Shown: positions 31,039-41,387 of the stretch, in pieces
How the letters are laid out: each line of letters opens with the position of its first letter
How positions within the stretch are numbered: the stretch's first letter is position 1
Assembly (NCBI GenBank): GCA_039801885.1
Contig: JBDRVN010000001.1
Coordinates: 1 to 64,000 of the forward strand
Length of the DNA: 64,000 bases
DNA from: a candidate division WOR-3 bacterium
GTDB taxonomy: Bacteria; Hydrothermota; Tepidihabitantia; Tepidihabitantales; DTDR01
Direction: 5' to 3'
Made by a program: the position numbers and the translations under genes
Notes under the pieces: generated by a model
The model's database searches: none
Told to the model about the DNA's origin: nothing
Seen by the model: only the letters and a program-made list of their open reading frames with translations

Positions 31039-32394
31039 TCAATAAACAATAAGTTTGTAAGTCTTTTTGTTCTTTTCTAAAAGGATAAAATAGATACCTG
31101 GTGAAATACTTCTTATTGCTTCCAACTTTTTGACCTTTGATCTCTTTATTAAATTTCCTGAGACATCATAAATTGATATATTGTCATTAATAGAAATATT
31201 GAAAGGAATTCCCGATTTCCATATTGAAGGAATAACCGTGCCTTTATTATCAAATTTTTTTATCTTTTCTTCTTCAATTGCTAATATTCTCTCCAATACT
31301 TGTTCTGCCCAAAAACAACGCAAGGCAAGTTGAGAAGTATCCCGATTTTGAGGACCTTGGCTAGAATCTCCATAAGGTGAACCAATAACAGCAAAATATA
31401 AAGTTATCATTGAATCGGGTAAAATTTCAAAAGGACCGCAAGAAAATAAACCTCTTTTATCTCCAGGTGTTTCATCAATTGAATCATAAGGTTCATATTC
31501 TCCGGTTAAATGATTATAACCTAATAATGTCAAATATCTTGCTGGGTCTTCGACCGGATCCTCTTCGATTGTCCATTTCTTAAAAGCAGTAAGATTTAAA
31601 TTATTTGGTGCTTTTAATAATCTAATAGCAACTGTTCCTGGTGTTCCTCTTTCCCATACCTCACTCGGTAATTCAATATTATTATAATCGTAGAAAAATC
31701 CAACATTTTTTATTCTAAAAGTATCTGAACCAATTTGGAAAAGTTTATTAAGAATTAAACCCGCCATATCATCATAGTAAATACCAATATCGGCATCAAT
31801 TATTATTCCCAAATAAACAGAATTTAATCCAAAACCTGATGAATTTATCAGTTGGTATTTTAAGATAAATATATCCTGAGCAATTGAATCAGAAAAACCA
31901 TAAACAGTTAAATAAACATCAATTCCTAAAGGTCTTCCTGTTGCCTGATGCTGTTGCGGATTGGAATCACAAAAACACATCCATAAATCCATTTGAGAGC
32001 GGGGCTCTTGGGGTGCTAAAGGAAAACGATTTCTTGGTGGTGGCCAATCACCAGGATACTTATAAATCCTATCGGAATCATTTAAAGGCTGTCGCCAATA
32101 ACGACAAAGAGTCGGGTACATCTCAGTACTTCCGGAATTGATACAATAACTGAAGGTAACCAATGTTTCATTATTAACCACCGCTCCTATCCAAATTCCT
32201 GCTCCATAAATATAATAATTTCTTAATGGCTGTGGCCAGGTAGCACCCGCTTCCGGAATACCGCCACTTAAATCAACACCCCAACGACCATCATTAGTAA
32301 AAGGACAACGCCAATGATTCAAATCAAACCATTCTGTATCATAAATACCAAAGGAAATTATCGGAAATATTAATATTATTAACATTTTTTTCAT
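31039..32394 (-). CDS. Secreted protein with T9SS-like C-terminal domain
   Basis: Signal peptide; IYDVSGNLI..PGIYFI..YKLIV tail; core resembles 36673-37842. Confidence 0.7.
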   Translation of the reverse strand: MKKMLIILIFPIISFGIYDTEWFDLNHWRCPFTNDGRWGVDLSGGIPEAGATWPQPLRNYYIYGAGIWIGAVVNNETLVTFSYCINSGSTEMYPTLCRYWRQPLNDSDRIYKYPGDWPPPRNRFPLAPQEPRSQMDLWMCFCDSNPQQHQATGRPLGIDVYLTVYGFSDSIAQDIFILKYQLINSSGFGLNSVYLGIIIDADIGIYYDDMAGLILNKLFQIGSDTFRIKNVGFFYDYNNIELPSEVWERGTPGTVAIRLLKAPNNLNLTAFKKWTIEEDPVEDPARYLTLLGYNHLTGEYEPYDSIDETPGDKRGLFSCGPFEILPDSMITLYFAVIGSPYGDSSQGPQNRDTSQLALRCFWAEQVLERILAIEEEKIKKFDNKGTVIPSIWKSGIPFNISINDNISIYDVSGNLIKRSKVKKLEAIRSISPGIYFILLEKNKKTYKLIVY

Positions 32395-32420
32395 AGCTTC
32401 CTCCTTGTAAACACTAAAAA

Positions 32421-32457
32421 ATTATATACTTGATTTTATAAAAAGTCAAGTTATAAT
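32421..32457. promoter_or_regulatory. Overlapping divergent sigma70-type promoters
   Basis: Minus strand TTGACT-N17-TATAAT; plus strand TTGATT-N16-TATAAT, 5 nt before the lpdA ATG. Confidence 0.6.
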
Positions 32458-32462
32458 ATTTT

Positions 32463-33839
32463 ATGAGTGATTTGATAATTATTGGTGCTGGTCCGGGTGG
32501 CTATGTGGCAGCAATTCGGGCTTCCCAGCTTAATAAAAAAGTAATTTTGATTGAAGAAAAAGAAGTGGGCGGTGTCTGTTTAAATTCCGGTTGTATTCCA
32601 ACAAAAAGTTTATTACATTTGGTAAAGGTATTAGAAGAAAGTAAAAACCTAAAAAATTACGGTATTGAATTTTCTTTAAATAAAATTGATATCAAAAAAA
32701 TAAGAGAATTCAAAGATAGGGTTATTTTAAGATTAAGGAAAGGAATTGAATTTCTTTTAAATAAATATAATATTGAATTGATAAAAGATAAGGCAGTTTT
32801 TGAAAGTGAGAAAGAAGTGAGATTATTAAAAAGTAATAAAAAAATAAAAGGGGAAAAATTTATTATTGCTACCGGTTCAAAGCCATTTTTTATTAAAAAT
32901 TTCAAAGAAAACAACGAAGTTATTTGGACATCGGAAGAGGCATTAAATTTTGAGAAGATACCGGAAAAATTATTAATAATCGGTGCCGGAGTTATTGGTT
33001 TAGAATTGGGAACAATTTATTCTTCTTTTGGCTCAAAAGTTATCTTCGTTGAAATCACAAACCAAATTTTGCCGGGCGTTGATTTGGAAATTGCCAATTA
33101 TTTAAAAAATCTTTTAGAGAGAAAGGGATTTATCTTTTATTTAAATTCAATCTTAAAAGAGATAGATATAAATAAAAGAAAAGCAAAAATTGAGACAAAA
33201 GAGAAAGGCGAAATTGAGGTTGATTTTGATAATATTTTATTAGCAGTGGGCAGAAAACCAAGGAGTGATGAGTTAAATTTAAATAATCTTCTTTTAGATA
33301 ATTTTGGTTATATAAAAACTGATAAAAAAATGATGACAAATATTTCAGAAATTTATGCTGTTGGTGATATTAGAAAACCTCCTTTACTTGCTCATAAAGC
33401 AATGTATGAAGGAAAAAAGGTTATTGAAATAATCTTTCAAGATATTGAAGAAGAAGAAGTCTTTATTCCTAATTGTATTTATACTGAACCGGAAATTGCA
33501 ACAATTGGTATGAATGAAGAAGAAGCAAAAAATAAGGGATTAGAAATTACTATTTCCAAAATTCCTTTATCAGTAATTGGTCGCTCTTTAACGATGGGAA
33601 AAAGTGAAGGCTTTGGAAAGATAATTTATGAAAAAAATAAAAAAGAAATTTTAGGTATTCATCTTATCATGCCTAATGCCTCAGAGATTATTGGTGAAGG
33701 AAGTATTTTCTTAAATTTGAAATTAAACTTAGAAAAAATAAAAAATGTTATTCATCCCCATCCAACATTATCGGAGATTATCGAAGAGATTTTTTTATCC
33801 GTAATAAAAGAAGCAATTCACACTTTACCTTATGGATAA
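32463..33839 (+). CDS. lpdA: Dihydrolipoamide dehydrogenase
   Basis: GAGPGGYVAA, GGVCLNSGCIPTK, LAHKA, HPHPTLSE. Confidence 0.95.
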   Translation: MSDLIIIGAGPGGYVAAIRASQLNKKVILIEEKEVGGVCLNSGCIPTKSLLHLVKVLEESKNLKNYGIEFSLNKIDIKKIREFKDRVILRLRKGIEFLLNKYNIELIKDKAVFESEKEVRLLKSNKKIKGEKFIIATGSKPFFIKNFKENNEVIWTSEEALNFEKIPEKLLIIGAGVIGLELGTIYSSFGSKVIFVEITNQILPGVDLEIANYLKNLLERKGFIFYLNSILKEIDINKRKAKIETKEKGEIEVDFDNILLAVGRKPRSDELNLNNLLLDNFGYIKTDKKMMTNISEIYAVGDIRKPPLLAHKAMYEGKKVIEIIFQDIEEEEVFIPNCIYTEPEIATIGMNEEEAKNKGLEITISKIPLSVIGRSLTMGKSEGFGKIIYEKNKKEILGIHLIMPNASEIIGEGSIFLNLKLNLEKIKNVIHPHPTLSEIIEEIFLSVIKEAIHTLPYG

Positions 33840-34710
33840 TTTAATTGAAAAATTTTTGGAATATTTAGAAAAAGAGCGAAACTACTCCCAAGAAACAACC
33901 CGAGCGTATAAAAATGATTTATTACAGTTTAAAGAATATTTAATAGACCGAGAAAATATTGATAATCTCTTAAAAGTTAATTATGAAATGATTAGAAATT
34001 TTATTGGTTATCTTTTAAAATACGGTTACGATAAGAAAAGTACCTCTCGGAAATTATCGGCAGTTAAATCTTTCTATAAATTTTTAAGGAACAATAAAGT
34101 GCTTAAAAAAAATCCAGCAGCAGGAATTAAATCACCAAGATTGGAAAAAAGATTGCCAACTTTTCTAACGGAAGTTCAAGTAAAAGAAGTTTTAGATTTA
34201 CAACCACCAACTGAAATAAGTTATCGAGATAAAGCAATCTTAGAACTTTTATATGCTTCGGGATTACGGGTTTCGGAATTAGTTAATTTAAAAATAAGTG
34301 ATGTTGATTTTGAAAATAAAGTATTAAAGGCAAAAGGTAAAGGTGGAAAAGAAAGGATAATTCCTTTTGGCAGTTATGCCTTAAAGGCAATAAAAAATTA
34401 TTTACAAGAAAGAAAAGATAATTCGCCCTATCTTTTTGTATCAAAATTTAATAAAAAATTGAGTAACCGCCAGATTCAAAAGATTGTAAAGAAATATTTA
34501 AGTAAAATTCCTAATCCGCCGGCAACCAATCCCCATACTTTCCGACACAGTTTTGCAACTCATCTCCTTGACCGAGGTGCCGATTTAAGGGCTGTTCAAG
34601 AACTTTTAGGTCACAGTAGTTTAGAGACAACCCAAATTTATACCCATTTAACTATTGGCAAATTAAAAGAAATCTATAAAAAAACCCATCCCCGAGCAAA
34701 ATTAAATTGA
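33832..34710 (+). CDS. xerC: Tyrosine recombinase XerC
   Basis: YS..T.RAY..DL, RD.AILELLYASGLRVSEL, GKGGKER, PHTFRHSFATH, LLGH....TTQIYTH. Confidence 0.88.
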   Translation: MDNLIEKFLEYLEKERNYSQETTRAYKNDLLQFKEYLIDRENIDNLLKVNYEMIRNFIGYLLKYGYDKKSTSRKLSAVKSFYKFLRNNKVLKKNPAAGIKSPRLEKRLPTFLTEVQVKEVLDLQPPTEISYRDKAILELLYASGLRVSELVNLKISDVDFENKVLKAKGKGGKERIIPFGSYALKAIKNYLQERKDNSPYLFVSKFNKKLSNRQIQKIVKKYLSKIPNPPATNPHTFRHSFATHLLDRGADLRAVQELLGHSSLETTQIYTHLTIGKLKEIYKKTHPRAKLN

Positions 34711-34740
34711 TTTTTATTATATTTATGATATAATTCTTTT

Positions 34741-36531
34741 ATGTTTAGCATATCAAAAATTAGAAAAAATATGCGGACAATTATGTTAATTGTTGCTATT
34801 GCTTTTGTTGGCGGATTTCTTATGTCCGAACTCTGGACAGTATTAAGGGAAGGTCGTTTAGGAGGAAATCCAATAAGAAAAGGAATTTTAGGCTATGTTG
34901 GTAAGAAGCCAATAAAATTAAACGAATATCAAAATATTTTAAATTATTTAACTTACAAATATTTAAGAACTAACCGATTAAAAGATATTTCGGAAGAAGA
35001 AAGAATAAGATTACAAGAAGAAGCTTGGCGCTATTTGGTTGATAATAAAATCTGGCAAGAAATATTTAAAAAGAATGATATTAATGTAACTAATGAAGAA
35101 CTTTTTGAAATAATGAAAGCCAACCCACCGGAAGAGTTGAAAAATTCACCTGAATTAAAAGATAGTTTAGGAAATTTTGATTATCAAAAATATTACCAAA
35201 TTTTAACTAATCCCGAAAATCAAGCCTACTTTGCGGTCTATGCCCAGGAATTGTTAGAATTTCTACCAAAAGAAAAATTTCGTTTAGATTTACAAGCGGC
35301 TGTCCAAATTTCTAACAAAGAGGCAGAGTTTTTTACCGAATTACAAAGGACAAGAATTGTTGCTACCCATATTTTCGTTCCCCTTTTGACACCTGATGAT
35401 ACTATGCCAATTTCCGAAAAAGAATTGAAAACTTATTATGAAAAAAATAAAAAGAAGGATTTTAAAATTCCTAAAACTGCTAACCTTAAATATATTGAAA
35501 TTCCAATTACCTTAACAGGCAATGATAGTAATGAAGCAAAATCAATTATTGATGATGTTTATAACGAATTAAAGAAAGGTGAAGATTTTGGAATTTTAAT
35601 GCTTGATTTCTCAGAATTCTTAGAAGATACTGGTGGTATTTGGTATGAATTTAAAAATTTGGATAGTTCAACCCAAAAGATTTTAAAAATTTTACAACCA
35701 AATGGATTTTCTGAACCATTTTTAAAAAGCGATACTTGGAAAATTATTCAATTAAGAGAAAAGAGAGGCGACAGTTTAAAACTACGTTCAATTAGTGTCA
35801 GAATAAAAATCTCTACCGCTACTATTGAAGCGATTTTGGATACTCTTGAAAAATTTCAGGAGGCGGCAAAAGAAGAGAATTTTGATAGTGTTGCCTTTAG
35901 ATATTTTAATCAATATCCGAGACCAATTACTATTACTGAAGGTCGCCAACCATTTTGGTTAAGATTAGCCAGCCCTAACCAAATAGAAGAATTTGCTTTT
36001 AATTCTAAAATTGGCTCTATTTCACCACCTCTCTTAACAAGTACTTCTTATATTATCGCCTATTTAGAAAAAGTAAACAAGGGAGGTTATCAACCTTTTG
36101 AAAGAATAAAAACATCTTTAACTTACCAGATAAGAAGGGAAAAGGTAAAAGAAAATAAAAGAAAAATTGCTGAAGAGATAAGAACAATGTTATTAAGAAA
36201 TGAGAATATTGATGTTATCCAAAATAAATATCCTTTTTGCCAAATTGGTCATAAAGAAGATTTTATGAGCTTTGATTTTTGTTCAAGAAATCGGGGACCA
36301 GAATTTGCCGGAGCCCTTTATTCTTTAAATTCCGGTGAGGTCTCACCAGTAATTGAATTAGATTGGGGATTTTTTGTTATGAAATGTGAGGAAAGAAATC
36401 TCTTAGGAGAAATTCCAATTGATAATTATCGGAATCAAAAAGTAAATCAGTTTATCCAAAGTTTCTGGGAAGAACTTACCAAAGAAGAGAAAATAAAAGA
36501 TTTTCGCCATCTTTTACATACCAAGGAATAA
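34741..36531 (+). CDS. PpiD/SurA-like periplasmic chaperone
   Basis: N-terminal anchor, SurA-N-like region, degenerate parvulin segments (GEVSPVIE..WGFFV). Confidence 0.75.
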   Translation: MFSISKIRKNMRTIMLIVAIAFVGGFLMSELWTVLREGRLGGNPIRKGILGYVGKKPIKLNEYQNILNYLTYKYLRTNRLKDISEEERIRLQEEAWRYLVDNKIWQEIFKKNDINVTNEELFEIMKANPPEELKNSPELKDSLGNFDYQKYYQILTNPENQAYFAVYAQELLEFLPKEKFRLDLQAAVQISNKEAEFFTELQRTRIVATHIFVPLLTPDDTMPISEKELKTYYEKNKKKDFKIPKTANLKYIEIPITLTGNDSNEAKSIIDDVYNELKKGEDFGILMLDFSEFLEDTGGIWYEFKNLDSSTQKILKILQPNGFSEPFLKSDTWKIIQLREKRGDSLKLRSISVRIKISTATIEAILDTLEKFQEAAKEENFDSVAFRYFNQYPRPITITEGRQPFWLRLASPNQIEEFAFNSKIGSISPPLLTSTSYIIAYLEKVNKGGYQPFERIKTSLTYQIRREKVKENKRKIAEEIRTMLLRNENIDVIQNKYPFCQIGHKEDFMSFDFCSRNRGPEFAGALYSLNSGEVSPVIELDWGFFVMKCEERNLLGEIPIDNYRNQKVNQFIQSFWEELTKEEKIKDFRHLLHTKE

Positions 36532-36536
36532 AATTT

Positions 36537-36608
36537 GCCGATGTAGCTCAGAGGCAGAGCAACGGTTTCGTAAACCGTAGGTCGGCGGTTCGAATCCGCC
36601 CATCGGCT
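36537..36608 (+). tRNA. tRNA-Thr(CGT)
   Basis: Cloverleaf; anticodon arm ACGGT-TTCGTAA-ACCGT; GTTCGAATCC. Confidence 0.95.
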
Positions 36609-36672
36609 TATTGTTGACTTTTTCTAATTTTTTATTTATATTTTTTGTTAATTATAAAAAGGAGGTTAAAAT

Positions 36673-37842
36673 ATGGTCTATTTAGTAATTTTATTACAAA
36701 TAATTAACTTTAATCCTAACTTAGATTTAACAATTGCCCGTCACGATACCGGTAATATAATCTTGCAAGTTACTGACCGAGCTCATATCGGTGGCGAAAC
36801 TACTGGAACAGCAAACATTCCTTATGGTTTAAGATATCCAAGAACTGGAACCGACCATTTATTCTTTGGTGGATTTGGAATTACTAATTCCCGAACCTAT
36901 GTTGCTGATGGACATTATGCCCCTAACTATAGTATTGATCGAGATTTTAGAATTCGGGATATAATTCATCGGGTTTCAAGATATGGTCTTCAAGAATATG
37001 AAGCCAGTTATATTGATTCCGGACATCCAACTCCTAAAAATATAAAGGTAACCCAATATACCCTTGCCTCTCCTGATCCTAATTACGACGATGGTGTAAT
37101 AATGATTTTCACAATAAAAAATGAAGGAGATACCCAAATTGATAGTCTTTATGCGGGAATCATTTTGGATTTAGATATGGCAGGCGGTACCTCTGATTTA
37201 GCCTATACTGATACTATAAGAAGATGTGTATATCAAAGACGTTCCGCAGCAGAAAATCCGACCGTAGGAATAAAAATTCTTTCACCAGCAACTTGGGCAA
37301 ACCTTGCGTGCCTTTATAATCCCACTTATGTCCATCCTTATTATGGATTACCCGATACTTTTAAATATAAATTTCTAACAGGTATTATAAGACAATATTC
37401 CGGTGTAACATCAAGTGATTGGTCAAGTGTTGCTTCAGTTGGTCCTTTCAGTTTAGAACCACAGCAAGAATATGTTTGTGCCTTTGCTATTTTGGGTGGA
37501 GCTTCAATAAACGATTTCCTAGCGAATGCTGATAGTATTCAAGCCTTCTATGACCGACTTGTTGGTATAAGTGAAAATAAAAATGAGAAGAAAGTAGTTC
37601 TTTTGACAAATCCAATAATTTTAAGTTACCAATCTAAACTTCAATTAAAAGTAAATGCTGATGAAGAATTGAAAATAAATCTCTATGACCTTTGTGGAAA
37701 ATTTGTTGACTGCCTTGGGAAAATAAATGGGAAAAAAGTTCACACCTTAATTTTGAATAAAGATTATTCCAAAGGAATTTACTTTTTAAGGGTAGAAGGA
37801 AAAGAAAATTACCTAACTAAAAAATTGATTTATTTAAAATAG
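36673..37842 (+). CDS. Secreted protein with T9SS-like C-terminal domain
   Basis: AGGAGG SD; short hydrophobic N-terminus; LYDLCGK..KGIYFL..KKLI tail. Confidence 0.7.
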   Translation: MVYLVILLQIINFNPNLDLTIARHDTGNIILQVTDRAHIGGETTGTANIPYGLRYPRTGTDHLFFGGFGITNSRTYVADGHYAPNYSIDRDFRIRDIIHRVSRYGLQEYEASYIDSGHPTPKNIKVTQYTLASPDPNYDDGVIMIFTIKNEGDTQIDSLYAGIILDLDMAGGTSDLAYTDTIRRCVYQRRSAAENPTVGIKILSPATWANLACLYNPTYVHPYYGLPDTFKYKFLTGIIRQYSGVTSSDWSSVASVGPFSLEPQQEYVCAFAILGGASINDFLANADSIQAFYDRLVGISENKNEKKVVLLTNPIILSYQSKLQLKVNADEELKINLYDLCGKFVDCLGKINGKKVHTLILNKDYSKGIYFLRVEGKENYLTKKLIYLK

Positions 37843-37846
37843 CTTA

Positions 37847-38545
37847 TTAACTTCTTGGACCGAAGATCAAAGTTCCAATTCTAATGAGATTAGCGCCTTC
37901 TTCTATGGCAATTTCAAAATCACTACTCATTCCCATTGAAAGATAAGGTAAAGATATTTTAAATTTATCTTTAACTTTTTCTTTTAATTCATAAAGAAGA
38001 CGAAAGGATTTACGTGAATTTTCTTTATCTTCAATCGCACTAACTGGACCTAAAGTCATTAATCCTTTTAATTTTAAGTGGGGTTGATTTAAAACATATT
38101 CTACTAAACTATCCAAATCTTCCGGTAATATGCCAAATTTTGTATCTTCAAAAGATGTATTTACCTGAATGAAAGCAGAAATAACTTTATTTTCTTTTTC
38201 ACATACTTTTTCTAATTCCTCAGCCAGTTCAATTCTATCTAAAGATTGAATACAAGAAAAATATTTTATTGCTTTTTTAACCTTATTAGTTTGTAAATGA
38301 CCAACAAAATGCCATTCGACATTCTTAAATTCATTATTAATTACCGGAATTTTTTTTATTGCCTCTTGAACTCGGTTTTCTCCTATTTTATCTAAACCAC
38401 AATTTATCGCATCTTTTATTCTTTCTATATCAATTCCTTTACTAATTGCCACAATTTCTATCTCCTCTTTTTTTCTACCAACTTTATTACAAACCTCTTC
38501 AATTCTCTTCAATAGATTTTCAATATTTTTCTTTATATCAATCAT
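37847..38545 (-). CDS. yggS: PLP homeostasis protein YggS
   Basis: VAISK, GENRVQE, WHFVGHLQTNK, LSMGMSSDF, IRIGT.IFG; start placed at ATG 38545. Confidence 0.93.
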   Translation of the reverse strand: MIDIKKNIENLLKRIEEVCNKVGRKKEEIEIVAISKGIDIERIKDAINCGLDKIGENRVQEAIKKIPVINNEFKNVEWHFVGHLQTNKVKKAIKYFSCIQSLDRIELAEELEKVCEKENKVISAFIQVNTSFEDTKFGILPEDLDSLVEYVLNQPHLKLKGLMTLGPVSAIEDKENSRKSFRLLYELKEKVKDKFKISLPYLSMGMSSDFEIAIEEGANLIRIGTLIFGPRS

Positions 38546-38606
38546 AATATAATATAAATAAATCCTCTCTATTTTCAAGATGATAGGGGTAGGGGGTATA
38601 TATATG

Positions 38607-38654
38607 TAAGTTATTGATAATTAAAGACTTATTATGGTATAGGGTTATCCCTAT
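38607..38654. repeat. Inverted repeat + hairpin (short copy D of the intergenic element)
   Basis: TAAGT-N15-ACTTA (38607-31) and ATAGGG-TTAT-CCCTAT (38639-54). Confidence 0.55.
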
Positions 38655-38809
38655 GACAATATGGGATACATTATAAATTAAGAGCTGGTAAAAATCTAAA
38701 AAATAAATTTTCAATAAAATATTTTGTTAATTGACTTTTTTATTTTATTTTATTATAATTATTTAGATAATAAATTTAATGATCAAATTATCCCTTAATA
38801 TTTTTTTGT

Positions 38810-39796
38810 ATGGAAAAAAGAGAAGAGTATTTAATTAAAATTTCTGTTCCTTTTAAAGGAATTGACCCAATAAAAATTCTTGGTTTCCAAGATGAATATC
38901 TTAATTATATCTCCCGATTTTTTGGTTCCCAAATTATTGCCCGCAAAGACCGGATAAGAATATTAGGACCAAAAGAAGAAGTTTATAAAATTCGTGAACT
39001 CTTTTTAAATCTTATGAGACATATTAAAAAAAATAATTTTTTAACAAAGGAATTAATTAATGAAGAAATTAAATTGGTAAAAGGTGAAGAGTTTCTTAAA
39101 GAAGAGAAAAAGGAAAAGCCAAAAGAAAAAATGAAGACTGAATATGCTATTGCCACTTCAAAAAAAATCATCTTTCCCCAGACAAAACATCAAGAAGAAT
39201 ATCTAAAAGCCATTGATGAATCTGAAATAGTAATTTGTATTGGTCCGGCCGGAACAGGAAAAACTTATTTAGCTGTCGCTAAAGCAGTATCTTATCTTTT
39301 AAACGGCAAAGTGGCAAGAATAATTTTAACGAGGCCCGCCGTAGAAGCCGGTGAACAACTGGGATATTTGCCTGGTGATTTAAAAGAGAAAGTTGCACCT
39401 TATTTAAGACCCCTTTATGATGCCCTTTATGATATGATGCCGATAGAAAAAGTAAAAAGAATGATCGAGGAAGAGATAATTGAAATTGCTCCTTTAGCAT
39501 ATATGCGTGGAAGAACCTTATCCGATGCTTTTATTATTTTAGATGAAGGTCAAAATACCACAAAGACCCAAATGAAAATGTTTCTCACTCGTTTAGGTTG
39601 GAATTCCAAGGCGGTAGTAACCGGTGATATTACTCAGATTGATTTAAGTTCTAAACATTCTTCCGGTCTTATTGATTGTGAAAAAAGATTAAAAAATATT
39701 AATGGTGTCAGAATTATTTATTTTGACAAAGGAGATGTTACCCGACCAGCAATCGTTTCGGAAATCATCAAAGCCTACGAGGAAGAAGAAAGTTAA
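38810..39796 (+). CDS. phoH: PhoH-like ATPase
   Basis: GPAGTGKT, RPAVEAGE.LGYLPG, YMRGRT, DEGQN, GDITQID. Confidence 0.95.
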   Translation: MEKREEYLIKISVPFKGIDPIKILGFQDEYLNYISRFFGSQIIARKDRIRILGPKEEVYKIRELFLNLMRHIKKNNFLTKELINEEIKLVKGEEFLKEEKKEKPKEKMKTEYAIATSKKIIFPQTKHQEEYLKAIDESEIVICIGPAGTGKTYLAVAKAVSYLLNGKVARIILTRPAVEAGEQLGYLPGDLKEKVAPYLRPLYDALYDMMPIEKVKRMIEEEIIEIAPLAYMRGRTLSDAFIILDEGQNTTKTQMKMFLTRLGWNSKAVVTGDITQIDLSSKHSSGLIDCEKRLKNINGVRIIYFDKGDVTRPAIVSEIIKAYEEEES

Positions 39797-40163
39797 GATA
39801 AATATCTTTGGTGTTAAAAATTTAAAATTAAAAAGAGAGGTAGAAGTAATCGTTAATAAGGTTTTAAAAGATGAAGAGATAAAGACTTCCGAATTGAATA
39901 TCATCGTTTGTGATGACCAATTTATCAAAAAGTTAAATAAAAAATTTCTAAAAAGAGATTATCCAACAGATGTTTTATCTTTCAATTTTGATAAAAATTT
40001 TCTTGGAGAAATATATGTTTCCAAAAATCAAACATTAAAACAGGCAAAAAAGGATAAGGTAAAATACGGGTATCGTTTAAAATATTTAATCCTTCACGGA
40101 CTCTTTCATCTTTTATCTTATTCCCATTCGGAAATAGAAAAATTGATAGCAAAATATTTATAG
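39702..40163 (+). CDS. ybeY: Endoribonuclease YbeY (true start uncertain, probably near 39790)
   Basis: LN..F...DYPTDVLSF, GEIYVS, HGLFHLLSYSH. Confidence 0.88.
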   Translation: MVSELFILTKEMLPDQQSFRKSSKPTRKKKVKINIFGVKNLKLKREVEVIVNKVLKDEEIKTSELNIIVCDDQFIKKLNKKFLKRDYPTDVLSFNFDKNFLGEIYVSKNQTLKQAKKDKVKYGYRLKYLILHGLFHLLSYSHSEIEKLIAKYL

Positions 40164-41387
40164 ATGGGGTATTTAATTATAATTCTTTTAATCCTATTGT
40201 TATTTTCGTCTTTATTTTCTGCCTCGGAAACTGCTTATTTTTCTCTTTCTCAAGAAGATTTAAAAAAATTAAATCTTGAAGAACTAAGAAAAAATGAACA
40301 TTCCTTTCTTTTAACAATTTTATTAGCCAACCTATTAGTAAATATTTCTTTCGCTTCCTTAGCAACCCTTTTTAGCCTCAATCTTTTTTTCAATAACTTT
40401 GACCACTCTTTACTTTTAACCTTAACTTCTATAATATCAACCTTTATCATTCTTTTTTTGGGTGAAATTTTACCCAAAATTTATGCTACCAATTTTCCTT
40501 TAAAATTCGGCAATTTTCCTCTTTCCTATTTTAAAAAAATTTCTTCTTTTTTTAACCCCTTTTCTCAATATTTTCAAAAAATATTTATCTTCCGTTTTCT
40601 TCCCAAAAGCGAACCCTTTCCTAATAAAGAGGAATTAAAGACTTTAATCAATTTTGGCATTGAAAATAAAGAACTTACTAAAGAAGAAGGCGAAATTCTT
40701 CATAATCTAATCGAATTAGAAGAAAGGAGAGTAAACGAAATTATGACACCACGAAATAAGATATTTGCTCTTAACAAAGAATTGTCCATAAAAGAAGCGA
40801 TAGAAAAAATTAAAGAAAATCCCAAATCAAGAATTCCTATTTATGAAAATAATATTGATAATATAATTGGTGTTGTGTATTTAAAAGATATCTTAGAGTT
40901 ATTCCTTTCTGATAATTTTAATCCACCAAAAGATTTAAAGTTAGAAAATATCAAAAAACCAATAAGTTTCGTTTCAGAAATCCAAAGATTACCGGTAATT
41001 TTTGAAGAATTAAGAAAAAAAGGCTCTCATATTGCCTTAGTTATCGATGAATTTGGTCAAATTTCTGGGTTAGTAACTTTAGAAGATTTTTTGGAAGCAA
41101 TCTTTGGAGAAATAACCGATGAATATGATTTTAGAGAAGAGTTGCCTTATATAAAAATAAGTGAAAATAGTTATTTACTTAGCGGCGAAATCGATTTAGC
41201 CACTATTAACCGATTAACTAACGATGCATTAAAAGAGATTGATTTTCCTCGACTTTCTCTCTATCTTATTGAAAAATTAGGAAGACTGCCAGAGGTAGGA
41301 GATGTAATAAGAGAGAAAAACCTGTTATTTGAAATAAAAGAAGTTAAAAAAAGAAAAATCGAAAAAGTTTTATTAAGAATTTTGTAA
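40164..41387 (+). CDS. CNNM/hemolysin family protein (DUF21-CBS-CorC)
   Basis: FSASETA, GEILPK, IMTPR, SRIPIY, DEFG..GLVTLED. Confidence 0.92.
   Translation: MGYLIIILLILLLFSSLFSASETAYFSLSQEDLKKLNLEELRKNEHSFLLTILLANLLVNISFASLATLFSLNLFFNNFDHSLLLTLTSIISTFIILFLGEILPKIYATNFPLKFGNFPLSYFKKISSFFNPFSQYFQKIFIFRFLPKSEPFPNKEELKTLINFGIENKELTKEEGEILHNLIELEERRVNEIMTPRNKIFALNKELSIKEAIEKIKENPKSRIPIYENNIDNIIGVVYLKDILELFLSDNFNPPKDLKLENIKKPISFVSEIQRLPVIFEELRKKGSHIALVIDEFGQISGLVTLEDFLEAIFGEITDEYDFREELPYIKISENSYLLSGEIDLATINRLTNDALKEIDFPRLSLYLIEKLGRLPEVGDVIREKNLLFEIKEVKKRKIEKVLLRIL

Noticed and set aside
33832-34710. Tyrosine recombinase as a mobile-element integrase
   Set aside because: Typical XerC size and motifs, coupled to lpdA in a housekeeping context, with no cargo or att duplication.
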